DNA of 61,468 nucleotides, filler included, from Globobulimina sp. (GCA_003354225.1; 20 parts of 20 records of this genome joined end to end with filler, not necessarily neighbours in it), one strand, 5' to 3'; shown: positions 11,497-21,561, numbered from the whole stretch's first letter. Notes: a model not told the origin generated them from the letters alone. Program-made: numbers and translations.

Positions 11497-11658
11497 ATGG
11501 TCAAAACAACTATCTTCACACTAATATTATTAATATTAATAACAATAATTTTTACGCAATATTATGATAATAAAAGATTAACTGAGAGATATACAAATAA
11601 TATTCATTTTATTTCAAATCAAATTACAAAATTAGAAAAGAAATTAAGTAAAAAATAA
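11497..11658 (+). CDS. 53-aa single-pass membrane microprotein (missing from the ORF track)
   Basis: MVKTTIFTLILLILITIIFTQYYDNKRLTERY...KLEKKLSKK*. Same strand, same upstream TATA-rich...AGAATG context as dUTPase, followed by a hairpin. Confidence 0.65.
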   Translation: MVKTTIFTLILLILITIIFTQYYDNKRLTERYTNNIHFISNQITKLEKKLSKK

Positions 11659-11661
11659 ACA

Positions 11662-11714
11662 ATTTTTATTATTTTTTTATGTATGATAAATATATAAAAA
11701 AAATATATAAAAAT
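11662..11714 (+). terminator. Long imperfect AT-rich hairpin between ORF 11497 and ORF 11713
   Basis: 11662-11684 pairs with 11690-11714 (about 23 bp with one G-T pair and two single-base bulges). Confidence 0.55.
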
Positions 11715-12222
11715 GGACGCTAAACAATCAAAAATTTGTAGAATCTTCGCAGCAAATGGTGACAAAAACCCCCTAAACGGGCGGGTGTATAAAAATAAAA
11801 ATAATTCGGAACAATATAAAATGATCGTGAAGATTTGCAACACTGGAAATAAAACCTTAGCTGGTATTGTCACCGCGTACAAAAATGGAAATGGAAAATA
11901 CAATCCGTTCACCGACAAAACACATAAGACCAAGGTCCCAGGGTGGGTCGCATCATTTTTTAAGGCAGTAGATAAGTTCTCCGTAACTCCAGCAGTTGCC
12001 AAAAAAGCAGTTATTGCATCAAAAAAAGATGTAAAGAAAACTACCAAGAAATCCGCAGATGCCAAAAAAGCAGTTCCCAAAGCTGCAACGGATAAGAAAA
12101 AAGCAGATGCCGCAGCAACTAAAGCCGCATCTGATTTAAAAAAAAAACAAGCATTAGCGAAAAAATTCAAATCTGATACGAAAGCTGCTATGGCCGCAAA
12201 AAAGGCATTGGCCGATAAGAAA
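11713..12222 (+). CDS. 2-cysteine adaptor domain protein with a Lys/Ala-rich histone-H1-like tail, 3'-truncated
   Basis: ICRIFAANGDKNPLNGRVYK...QYKMIVKIC fits the C-x2-F-..NP.xGR..Y..x-C pattern of the NCLDV 2C_adapt domain. A degenerate second NPFT motif and a K/A-rich tail follow. Confidence 0.75.
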
Positions 12223-12323
12223 NNNNNNNNNNNNNNNNNNNNNNNNNNNNNNNNNNNNNNNNNNNNTTAATTAATTAANNNNNNNNNNNNNNNNNNNNNN
12301 NNNNNNNNNNNNNNNNNNNNNNG

Positions 12324-12905
12324 CAACGATTTTGGGCCTGCTATGGTTGTGGATGTAACGAAGCCGCAACGTATTACAATCAACATATTGCACCCATAAA
12401 CAGTGAATTGTCAGGGATACGAACAGTAGTTTGTGAAATGCAAAGATTATCAGAAAAAGTTTATGTTGAATCTAGAGCGTATGAATCAAGAACACAAAAT
12501 AACGGAGGGGTTGCTGTCGTATATAATCCAGTCACAGGAAAGGCAGAATGGAATGAACAATATGGGAGTGGTGTTCATGGTGTATGGAATCCAAAGAAAG
12601 GAATAGTTGAATGGAAAACTCAATGGGAAGGTGGAGTATATGGTGTATGGAATCCTACTAAGCAAACAGTGGAATGGTGTATGGATTCCCAAATGATGTA
12701 TGGAACGCATGGTGTATGGAATCCAAAGAAAGGAATAGTTGAATGGCAGAGACTCTTGCAAGGATCTGTCGTTGGCTATTTTGATGAGCGAGAACAAATT
12801 GTAGAATGGGTGGAGGGATGGAACTCTGGGGTCGCTCTCATTGCATGGCAGCCATCACAAGGAACATACGTTACTCCAAGTTCTTGTTTTTGGGATTGGA
12901 ATTGA
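12324..12905 (+). CDS. Protein with about 6 tandem 22-24 aa GVxGVWNPxxxxVEW repeats, 5'-truncated
   Basis: Frame open from the contig edge; repeats visible in the translation; exact 39-nt duplication at 12576-12614 and 12708-12746. Confidence 0.75.
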   Translation, partial: QRFWACYGCGCNEAATYYNQHIAPINSELSGIRTVVCEMQRLSEKVYVESRAYESRTQNNGGVAVVYNPVTGKAEWNEQYGSGVHGVWNPKKGIVEWKTQWEGGVYGVWNPTKQTVEWCMDSQMMYGTHGVWNPKKGIVEWQRLLQGSVVGYFDEREQIVEWVEGWNSGVALIAWQPSQGTYVTPSSCFWDWN

Positions 12906-13084
12906 TTTATTGAACGCATGGATTGATTTATTAATTAACGTTTCTTAATGCATGGTATCGATATCAAGAAATTATTAAAAAAATTAAATAATATTTAATG
13001 TGATATTATTTAACATTATTTATTAACATTATTTTGATTTATTATTCAACTCACCTTAATTTGGTTCAATTGGATATTAAATTT

Positions 13085-15301
13085 TTATCCCACAAATTTC
13101 AATTTCAAATAATCCAAACGAGCATATCCTCCATAACTATTCTCCACATAAAATCTCCAATACCTCGACCTTGCCACATTCTCAGCAATCGTCACATGAA
13201 ATACTTGCCATTCTGCACTTTTCGCACTCGTATATGACTGCACATCAATCCAACCATCATTATCGTTGTCGTTATCGTGGTGATAAGTATGCACTTGATT
13301 TGATACTTGCAATCTAAAATCCTTAATCGTATCTTCATCGTCGTGATAATTTTTCCATTCAAAATTGCGAATTAAGATTGGAGCCTTTGCTTCAATCACA
13401 AACCATTGAGGAAAATCATTACAACCACTCCAAAAAGCATTGGTCCTTTGTTTTGATGATAATATTTTGGCTCTTTCTATTTCATGACTGGCGGAAACAA
13501 CGTTCCATTCACCAGATCCAAGCATCGCTAATTTGAAGGCATTCAAATTCAACAATCTCTCATGATATTCACCAATATAACGCAGGCTCTTATGATCAAT
13601 GTTTGGCGCTAAAAACAGCATATTCCGCACAACATTCTTTTTGATTTCACCGCTTTTGATGAATTTCACCCAAATTGGATTCTCTTTGATTATCAAAACA
13701 CACTCTAAAATATCTGTATTTGTTTGCTCAGTCTTTTCATCCCATTCTTCACATTTAAACCATCGATATTTATCATTGCCATTCAATGTTAGATGTTTTG
13801 TTAAAGTGAAAAATATTGTTTTTTCGTTGTTACTCAACTCATTAATAAAATTAGTTAATTGCATGACATTTGTGCTTTGCAGCGCGAATTTTTTCTGTAT
13901 CTCTTGACATCGATTACTTGATTCTTTTAAATCTGCAATAATCCGTTGTTTTTGGTTAAATTCATTAAAATATTTTGTTTTTTCGTGTTGCAATTCCTTC
14001 TCAAAACTTTGACATTGCTTATTTTTTATTGCCAGATCTCGCTCAGATTTCTGTTTTACATCTTTGCAAATTGCTTCTTTTTCATTCATTTCCTTGACAC
14101 GATCACCTTTCTCGCGTTTCAATGTCGTTTCTAATTTCTCAGCATGTTTAATAATTTGCTGTTTTTCATAAAAAACTTGAGTACATTTTATTGTTTCCGT
14201 TTGCAATTCTTTGCATACTCGCACATATTCCGTCTTTTTTGCGTCTAAATCTTTGACTATTTGTTGTTTCGCATCACATATATTGACATATTTTCGTTTT
14301 TCACTTTCTAACTGTTCCTGTAATGCAGCATATTGCTTATGTTTTGCTTGTAATTCTCTCTCAATGTTTTCTAGCTCACTCTGTAATTCTTTATATTGAT
14401 TATTTTGTTCTTGTCTCTGATTTTCCAATCGTTTAATTACAACTTCTTCATCTTCCGATTCATGGCCGTGCATATTATGATCATTCCTACTTTGCATGGA
14501 TTCATATCTCTTATTCTTAACCGCAGCAAATAATGTGATATATTTTAGAATTTTGGCGAATTTATTTGGTTTTACAACAAAATCAATGTCAAAAATAACT
14601 TTGTCATTTTTATCAATTTCATGTGTGATAATTTTTGCGCATTTATTTAACATATTTTGTGTTTCTGTAAATTGACAGTTTACATCGTTTCCCATTTCCA
14701 TTATTTTGCATTTTCGATCAGATCGATTCTCATTATTCGACGTCAACCGATCATACATTTTTTCCTTTTTTCTTAAAAACGTGCTGGAATTTCTTATATG
14801 TTTTGTAAGCTCTGATACTGCATTGTTACCGATCTCATTTTTTTCATCCGCTATACCATCCACTTGATGTAATACTGATCGCCTTTCAGTGTTTAACGAA
14901 GCAATTAAGCCATCATAGGTAGAATTTATTTTTATTTTTGCATCACGCTTTTTTTTTATTTTTTGCTCTTGTATCTTTTCGACACTTTTTGCAAATTCTG
15001 CTTGTAATTTGGCAGCGTTATGTAACCACTTTATATTTTCTTGCACGTTGTCAATAACGCCTTGTTCCTGCTCACTGACAATAACTTTAATTAATGCGGA
15101 GATGCAATGGACGGCAGTGAGTACTTTTGGAATCATCTCCGGTTTGCGGAATAACTGTGGATCAGTCATGACTGCCTGGAATTCTTTGCAACTTATATTC
15201 AATGTTGAAAGTGATGTGGCTTTGTGTCTGGTTAATATTGCACGGATTGATTGTAATCCATTCTGCGTTATCCATTCGGAAAAATTAAATTGAATAAATT
15301 C
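13085..15301 (-). CDS. Long coiled-coil protein with a C-terminal F5/8 type C (discoidin/galactose-binding-like) domain, 5'-truncated
   Basis: Heptad-rich E/K/Q centre. C-terminus FWSG...PQWFVIE...IKDFRLQVS...WIDV...SRYWRFYV. Frame open to the contig edge. Confidence 0.75.
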   Translation of the reverse strand, partial: EFIQFNFSEWITQNGLQSIRAILTRHKATSLSTLNISCKEFQAVMTDPQLFRKPEMIPKVLTAVHCISALIKVIVSEQEQGVIDNVQENIKWLHNAAKLQAEFAKSVEKIQEQKIKKKRDAKIKINSTYDGLIASLNTERRSVLHQVDGIADEKNEIGNNAVSELTKHIRNSSTFLRKKEKMYDRLTSNNENRSDRKCKIMEMGNDVNCQFTETQNMLNKCAKIITHEIDKNDKVIFDIDFVVKPNKFAKILKYITLFAAVKNKRYESMQSRNDHNMHGHESEDEEVVIKRLENQRQEQNNQYKELQSELENIERELQAKHKQYAALQEQLESEKRKYVNICDAKQQIVKDLDAKKTEYVRVCKELQTETIKCTQVFYEKQQIIKHAEKLETTLKREKGDRVKEMNEKEAICKDVKQKSERDLAIKNKQCQSFEKELQHEKTKYFNEFNQKQRIIADLKESSNRCQEIQKKFALQSTNVMQLTNFINELSNNEKTIFFTLTKHLTLNGNDKYRWFKCEEWDEKTEQTNTDILECVLIIKENPIWVKFIKSGEIKKNVVRNMLFLAPNIDHKSLRYIGEYHERLLNLNAFKLAMLGSGEWNVVSASHEIERAKILSSKQRTNAFWSGCNDFPQWFVIEAKAPILIRNFEWKNYHDDEDTIKDFRLQVSNQVHTYHHDNDNDNDGWIDVQSYTSAKSAEWQVFHVTIAENVARSRYWRFYVENSYGGYARLDYLKLKFVG

Positions 15302-15402
15302 TNNNNNNNNNNNNNNNNNNNNNNNNNNNNNNNNNNNNNNNNNNNNTTAATTAATTAANNNNNNNNNNNNNNNNNNNNNNNNNNNNNNNNNNNNNNNNNN
15401 NN

Positions 15403-15593
15403 CTGAGTGAAAACGTGACGGGGGTATTGTTTTTACTCTGATTGGCATCTTCATACACCATCATGAGTTCCGCCAAACGTTGCATGTAAGGGCATTGTTC
15501 AACAGTGGAATGACACGACAAATGCTGTTTGTTTACACGATTCTGCAAACTTGGATGTAATAAATCATTCATTAATTGATCCATACAGTCCAT
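15403..15593 (-). CDS. 5' fragment of a hypothetical protein
   Basis: ATG-initiated ORF running into the spacer, with a C-x6-C..RL motif. Confidence 0.35.
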
Positions 15594-16016
15594 GTGTTCT
15601 GTTTGTGGTGAAAGATAACTTGTGTGATGGACTGATGGTGTTATATTTATAAAAGTCGATCGGAAACGAGATGTAAAAAATTTAAGTGTAAAGTTTTTTG
15701 TGTGAACTGTCCTTTGACTTTCTATTTTACTCTCAAAACCATGGCCGGAACTTTACAACGCGCTCTATCAAAAGAATTAACAGTAACTTTCTCTATACCC
15801 TTTTATCAAACACAATGTCTCAAATCATGATTATCACACAGGAAGACGAAGATTTTGAGCTGAATTCCCTACCAATTGTTTGTTGTTTTTATTATAATAT
15901 TTTCTTTAATTTTCCTACAAATTAAAAAACAAATAATTTAGCCGATTAAAAGTAATGATAACTCATCAACAGAGATACTTTCATTACAATCTCCATCATA
16001 CACCTCCAGTCAACAA

Positions 16017-18382
16017 ATGAGTCAACCAAATATTGAGCACCATAACACTGCACCATCAACATCACCAAGCGAACAAAAATCAGAGGTTTTCAATCCAAAT
16101 AACACTAAAAAGGGTAAGGACAACATTGATTTCTTACGAATCTGGATTCAGCGTGAAAATCAAGAAAGAGATACCAGCGAAGCCCGCACCGTTACCAGAA
16201 AGTTGCAGACCGCCTGCATGATGCGGGAGAGATGGGTCTATACCGACCATAATGGCCATTTTCCGTCTTGTTTCACCAAGGACGAGGATGTCTGTCTAAA
16301 TATCAACATTGTCAAAAACGCCTTACCCAAAAAATCCAACCATGCCTTTGAAATGAAACACGGCGTATTTCGAGTGTTTAAATTGAAAAAACTCACTCCG
16401 AAAAAACCTCCAAACAACTCACTAAAATCAAGAAAATCCGTAAACACTGACGGTGACAGTGATGCAGTGAGTGATTGCGAAGAAAAAATCGAATATAAAT
16501 ACGTCAAAGCAGACAAAACGTTATATTCTGTGCATAGTTTTGGCGAATTTATGAAAGATTTGTGGTTTGTATTGGAACTCATCAACAATGGCCCAGCAAA
16601 GACATTTTGTTACCAAAGATTGCAAACTTTACAAGCAAAGTTCAAATTACATATGTTATTAAACGAAAATAACGAAATGTCAGAGTCAAAGCTCGTGGCT
16701 CATCGCGATTTTTATAATATCCGTAAGGTGGACAACCACGTCCATCACAGTGCGTGTATGACACAGAAGCATTTATTGCGATTTATAAAATATCGGCTAA
16801 AGCATTGCGGAGATGACATTGTGTACAGCGACAATAAGAATAAGTTATATTCATTGAAACAATTATTTGCCGAATTGAACTTAACAGCGTATGAGTTATC
16901 CATTGATACCTTGGCCATGCACGGCCATCGCGATACGTTCCAACGCTTTGATAGATTCAACAACAAATATAATCCCATCGGACAGTCGAGTCTGCGGCAA
17001 GTCTTCCTCAAAGTGGCCAATTACTGTCAGGGCAAATACTTAGCGGAGATAACCAAGGAAGTGTTTGATGATTTGGTGGATAGCAAATACCAATATTCCG
17101 AGTTTCGGCTATCGATTTACGGCAAATCCAGCACGGAATGGGACGTTTTAGCGGCGTGGGTCTGTGACAATAACCTGCATTGTCGTAATAGTCGGTGGAT
17201 GATCCAAATTCCGCGCTTGTACGCCATCCACAAAGCTTCCGGACTCATTAATAACTTCAATGAGATGTTGGATAACATCTTCCGCAGTTTGTTCGAAGTG
17301 ACTGTCGACCCCGCTTCGCACCCAAAACTGCACTTATTTCTGACGTTGGTGGTTGGCTTTGATACCGTGGACGATGAGTCCATTCGAGAGAATACGCGGC
17401 ACGAAATATACCCGGAACCGCTTGAATGGAACACGGTGAACAACCCGCCATACATCGTATGGTCGTACTATATCTACGCCAATCTGTGCATTTTGAACCA
17501 GTTGCGGGCCGCTCGAGGCATGAATACGTTTTCCTATCGGCCTCATTCGGGCGAAGCTGGCGATGCGGACCATGTGGCTGCCGCTTTCCTGTTGGCGCAG
17601 AGCATAAATCACGGCTTGACCTTGAAGAAGTTGCCGGTGTTGCAGTATTTGTACTATTTGAAGCAAGTCGGGCTGTCCATGTCGCCGTTGTCGAACAATT
17701 TGTTGTTCTTAGAGTATGACAGGAATCCGTTTCAGCTGTTTTTCCAACGCGGGCTGAATGTGACACTGTCGACAGACGACCCGCTGATGATTCATTATAC
17801 CAAAGACCCGCTGATTGAGGAGTATGCCATAGCGGCTCAGGTGTACAAGTTGTCTGCCATCGACATGTGTGAGATTGCGCGGAATTCGGTGCTGCAGTCT
17901 GGATTTCCTGTGTCACAAAAAAAACACTGGTTAGGCGCCAATTTTTATAGGCGAGGCGTGGCGGGAAACGATGTGAAACAGACCAATGTGCCGGAGATAA
18001 GGCTGTTGTTTCGAGACGAACTGTTGGCGGAAGAGGAGAACTGGATTCTTGGCTTACCGCCGCCGCTTTTCCCCACCATCAATCTGAGGAAAACACTGCG
18101 GCACTCCCTCAAACACTCCAAGCAGGTCAAACATGTAAAGAAACATTCCAATTATTTGGTTGCGCACAGAACGAAGGTTCCGTTCAAGTTGCAATCGCCG
18201 ATGCAATCGCCGAAACAGTCCAAACTATATTTGTATCACCAAAATAATCCAACGAAGCGGTTACAGCCAGCCAAGGAAGCGGGATACGATCCGTTGGGAT
18301 ATTTTGCGCGGAAAAAGCACTTTGATGACAGACATATTATAAATGAGAGCGAATATGAAAAGCAACAGCAACTCGAACAGGA
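16017..18382 (+). CDS. AMPD: AMP deaminase, 3'-truncated
   Basis: HRDFYNIRKVDNHVHHSACM, TFQRFDRFNNKYNP, GFDTVDDES, RPHSGEAG, SINHG, SPLSNN, LSTDDPL, DMCEIARNSVLQSGF. Confidence 0.97.
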
Positions 18383-18676
18383 NNNNNNNNNNNNNNNNNN
18401 NNNNNNNNNNNNNNNNNNNNNNNNNNTTAATTAATTAANNNNNNNNNNNNNNNNNNNNNNNNNNNNNNNNNNNNNNNNNNNNCGGACAATGGTCATAAAT
18501 TTTGCTGTACATTTTAATTTTGTTAAAATTGGATATTTATCATATATGGATATAGACACTCAATGCAAAATTGTTGATCGAATGATGCAAAAACTAGCAA
18601 TCAACACAATGATTTTGACGCAAAAAAAAGCAAAAATTAGCAAGCAAACAAAAAAATAAACAGTGTTTTATATGAT

Positions 18677-19537
18677 TTAGAGTTTACCACATAACTGGTT
18701 ACAACAAAATTGTTTTATATTTATGATACAACATTGTCCCAAACAAAATAATATAATGCCAGATAGCAATGCATATGGTACGTATCCATAACACCAATGA
18801 TCGAAATTTGGAGATTCAAAATAAATTTGATTATCATCACAGCCGTTTATCCAACATTTATGTGTCTGATTATAATAACTTTCATCGCAGTCGTTCATCC
18901 AACATTTATTTGTTAGATTGAATATATGTTCATGACTCATAGGACATTGTGTAGAATTTATGATATTTACATGGTATCTAAATGTGTACGAATTCATTTG
19001 ATATGATTTTATTGAACATATTTCTTGCAAAATATTATTATTCCACTCATATTCATCCATGATACAAGAGATTGAGGCAACGATCAAAAATAAACAAATC
19101 CCAAAAAATATAGAAATTATAATCCAAATTAGAATGGAATATGTAATATAGCGACAAGCACCAAATTGGCGTTTCTTTTTCAAGAATAAATCATTTCTCA
19201 GTTTTAATTTATTAATACATTGCTCGATCAGATTTGGAAATTTATTGCTTTTTATGCAAAAACAAAAGCACCACACATCAATCGATGAGCTATTATATAT
19301 TAAATGTAATGATTCACGATGCGTTGTTGTACCATCTATATCTATAACTTCCTGATCACATTCTATCCCATTCACATCTATAAATGTTTCCTGTTGAGGC
19401 AAATCACCAAATAAATTATTACTTTTAACCTCTTCTTTTTCTTCTTCTTTTGTGGTCTCCTGATCAATATTTGTTGTGGTTTGGCCTGAGTTCTTAGCTA
19501 CATTTGAATACAGCTCCACATTCCCTGTAGTTGCCAT
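18677..19537 (-). CDS. Two-TM protein with a Cys-rich extracellular loop
   Basis: Two hydrophobic helices flank a loop with several Cys; acidic N-terminus. Confidence 0.65.
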   Translation of the reverse strand: MATTGNVELYSNVAKNSGQTTTNIDQETTKEEEKEEVKSNNLFGDLPQQETFIDVNGIECDQEVIDIDGTTTHRESLHLIYNSSSIDVWCFCFCIKSNKFPNLIEQCINKLKLRNDLFLKKKRQFGACRYITYSILIWIIISIFFGICLFLIVASISCIMDEYEWNNNILQEICSIKSYQMNSYTFRYHVNIINSTQCPMSHEHIFNLTNKCWMNDCDESYYNQTHKCWINGCDDNQIYFESPNFDHWCYGYVPYALLSGIILFCLGQCCIINIKQFCCNQLCGKL

Positions 19538-19617
19538 GCTAAAATTAGTGTTTTTTTTAATTCATACTCACAAAAAACTATTTTTTATTTGTGTAGTAAA
19601 AACATTTCCTGCTTGGC

Positions 19618-20328
19618 ATGTCAGCGTTATCGTTGATAGACAATATTTTGTTACAGATTAATAAATTGGATAACACACTTGAACAATTATTCAATTTCCA
19701 AATTGATTGCAAAAATTGTGCATTAAGATTTATTAAGGAATCAGATGCAAAGCAACTCGCCAATATGGTGACAAAAGATGTTGTTAAATATCTTCGTAGA
19801 ATGCCATTTCCGTACAACATAAATCATGCAAAATGGTGGGTTGCTGTCAATGAAAAGAATTATAAAAAATATAGAGAATTAATAGTTTGTGATGAAAAAG
19901 AAGAAAAAGAAGAATATTTTGTTTTAGATTTTGTTTCATTTCAGATTGTAAATAAAGAAAATGATTCAGTAATTGGCGGAATTGGAGTGACCAGAAATTC
20001 ATTGGAAAGTCACAGAGTTGAAATTGGATTCTGGTTAAATGATAAATATTGGAATAAGGGAATTATGAGCAGTGCATTAAAAGGATTTATATCATTCATA
20101 TGGAATACTGATAAAAATAAATATGATGCATTGAATATACAATTAACATTAAATAAAATATTAAAAATTGATGCGACCGTTGCAGCGCCCAATATTTATT
20201 CTGAAAAACTTTTGAAAAAATGTGGTTTTGAATATGAAGGCACTGTCAAAAAAGGTACTAAATTGAAATATCATAATGGCGAGATTTGCGATACTAAAAT
20301 ATTTGGATTATGTGCAGTTTTACAGTGA
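19618..20328 (+). CDS. GNAT acetyltransferase, RimJ/RimL family
   Basis: MPFPYNINHAKWW, VIGGIG, EIGFWLNDKYWNKGIMS, NIYSEKLLKKCGFEYEG. A possible last intron at 20312-20362 would change the final residues. Confidence 0.9.
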   Translation: MSALSLIDNILLQINKLDNTLEQLFNFQIDCKNCALRFIKESDAKQLANMVTKDVVKYLRRMPFPYNINHAKWWVAVNEKNYKKYRELIVCDEKEEKEEYFVLDFVSFQIVNKENDSVIGGIGVTRNSLESHRVEIGFWLNDKYWNKGIMSSALKGFISFIWNTDKNKYDALNIQLTLNKILKIDATVAAPNIYSEKLLKKCGFEYEGTVKKGTKLKYHNGEICDTKIFGLCAVLQ

Positions 20329-20400
20329 TATCGACCTAACATTAACTTTTCTTTTTGCGCAGTTAAAAACAGTTTCATTTGTCAGTTAATTATAAATAGT

Positions 20401-20427
20401 ATATTTTTTTCAAAATAAAAAAAATAT
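20401..20427 (-). terminator. AT-rich hairpin just after the stop of ORF 20445-21461
   Basis: ATATTTTTTT-CAAAATA-AAAAAAATAT, a 10-bp perfect stem; low complexity makes chance plausible. Confidence 0.35.
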
Positions 20428-20444
20428 ATTAAAAAAAATTAAAA

Positions 20445-21461
20445 TCATTTTTTTCTAAGTAATATAACACCAATAATGACACCAAAAAAAGCAATTGATA
20501 CCATTATAAATTTAGAAGCATTCGCATTATCTTCTATCCATTGCGTAATAATATGCATGCTTTTATTCTTTAATTCTTTTAATTGTGTTACACCATTATT
20601 TATTTCTTTATTTTTATTATTAATATCTTTCTTTAAATCTTTAATGGTTTTATCCTTCTCACATTTCATTTTTTCAAATAATAATATTTTACTTTCATTA
20701 ATCTTATGAACAATACGTATATCATTCAATTCATTCCGCAACTCAAAAATACGCGTTTTCGACGACAAACTCTGTTCCTTTTGCTCTTTCTTTAATTTAT
20801 AATATCTTTTAATACTATCATCATTTTGTTGTCTTACTTTCTCCAAACGTTCAGTTAATCGCAAAATCTTCTTCAAATCCTGGTCATTTTTCGTCTGAAA
20901 TGCTTCCATCATTGTCTCTAAAACGTCGACTTTTGAGGCTTTTTCTAATATTTCCGATTCATATTTTTCTTTCATCATTTTAAAAACGCATTCATTTGTT
21001 TTATAATCAGTTAATTCCGTTTCTAATGCTTCAATTTGTTGAGTTGTTTGCTTTTTTTTATTTGCATACTCATCCACCATTTCTTCATATTTTTTAATCT
21101 CTCTTTTCATATTATTTATTTCTGTGGTGATGTCATTTTCCGATTGAGTCTCCGTACTTAAATAAGTCGACATTTTCGATTTTTTTATAAATGAATGTGA
21201 TATTTCATTTACTAATTTTTCTAAATTGATTATTTTTTCTGTATTTCCGATGGATTTGGTGTTAAATTCGTCTCTTAACTTTTTAATATCGTCATTAACC
21301 AATTCTGTTTTTTGTTGCATTAATTGCTTTACATTGATTGTATAGTCTTCATATTCTTTATTATAATTTTTTATTATCTTTAATAATTCGAGATTATCTG
21401 CCGCCAATTCTTTAATTGTGCCTACAATTTCTTTTTTTTTGTCGTCTGTTTCTGATGGATG
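20445..21461 (-). CDS. Tail-anchored coiled-coil protein, 5'-truncated
   Basis: K/E/N-rich heptads ending in FIMVSIAFFGVIIGVILLRKK*. Frame open to the contig edge; intronless. Confidence 0.75.
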   Translation of the reverse strand, partial: HPSETDDKKKEIVGTIKELAADNLELLKIIKNYNKEYEDYTINVKQLMQQKTELVNDDIKKLRDEFNTKSIGNTEKIINLEKLVNEISHSFIKKSKMSTYLSTETQSENDITTEINNMKREIKKYEEMVDEYANKKKQTTQQIEALETELTDYKTNECVFKMMKEKYESEILEKASKVDVLETMMEAFQTKNDQDLKKILRLTERLEKVRQQNDDSIKRYYKLKKEQKEQSLSSKTRIFELRNELNDIRIVHKINESKILLFEKMKCEKDKTIKDLKKDINNKNKEINNGVTQLKELKNKSMHIITQWIEDNANASKFIMVSIAFFGVIIGVILLRKK

Positions 21462-21561
21462 NNNNNNNNNNNNNNNNNNNNNNNNNNNNNNNNNNNNNNN
21501 NNNNNTTAATTAATTAANNNNNNNNNNNNNNNNNNNNNNNNNNNNNNNNNNNNNNNNNNNN

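Noticed and set aside
11619-12170. 183-aa hydrophobic minus-strand ORF
   Set aside because: It is the antisense of the Lys/Ala-rich 2-Cys-adaptor gene; AAA/GCA codons read as Phe/Ala on the other strand.
3084-12222. Treating the GH-GT2 gene, the S28 peptidase and the viral genes as one cluster
   Set aside because: They lie on three separate contigs that are adjacent only because of length sorting.
17257-17916. 219-aa antisense ORF and other short ORFs overlapping AMPD and similar genes
   Set aside because: These are shadow ORFs arising from locally higher GC and codon bias; they have no recognisable motifs.
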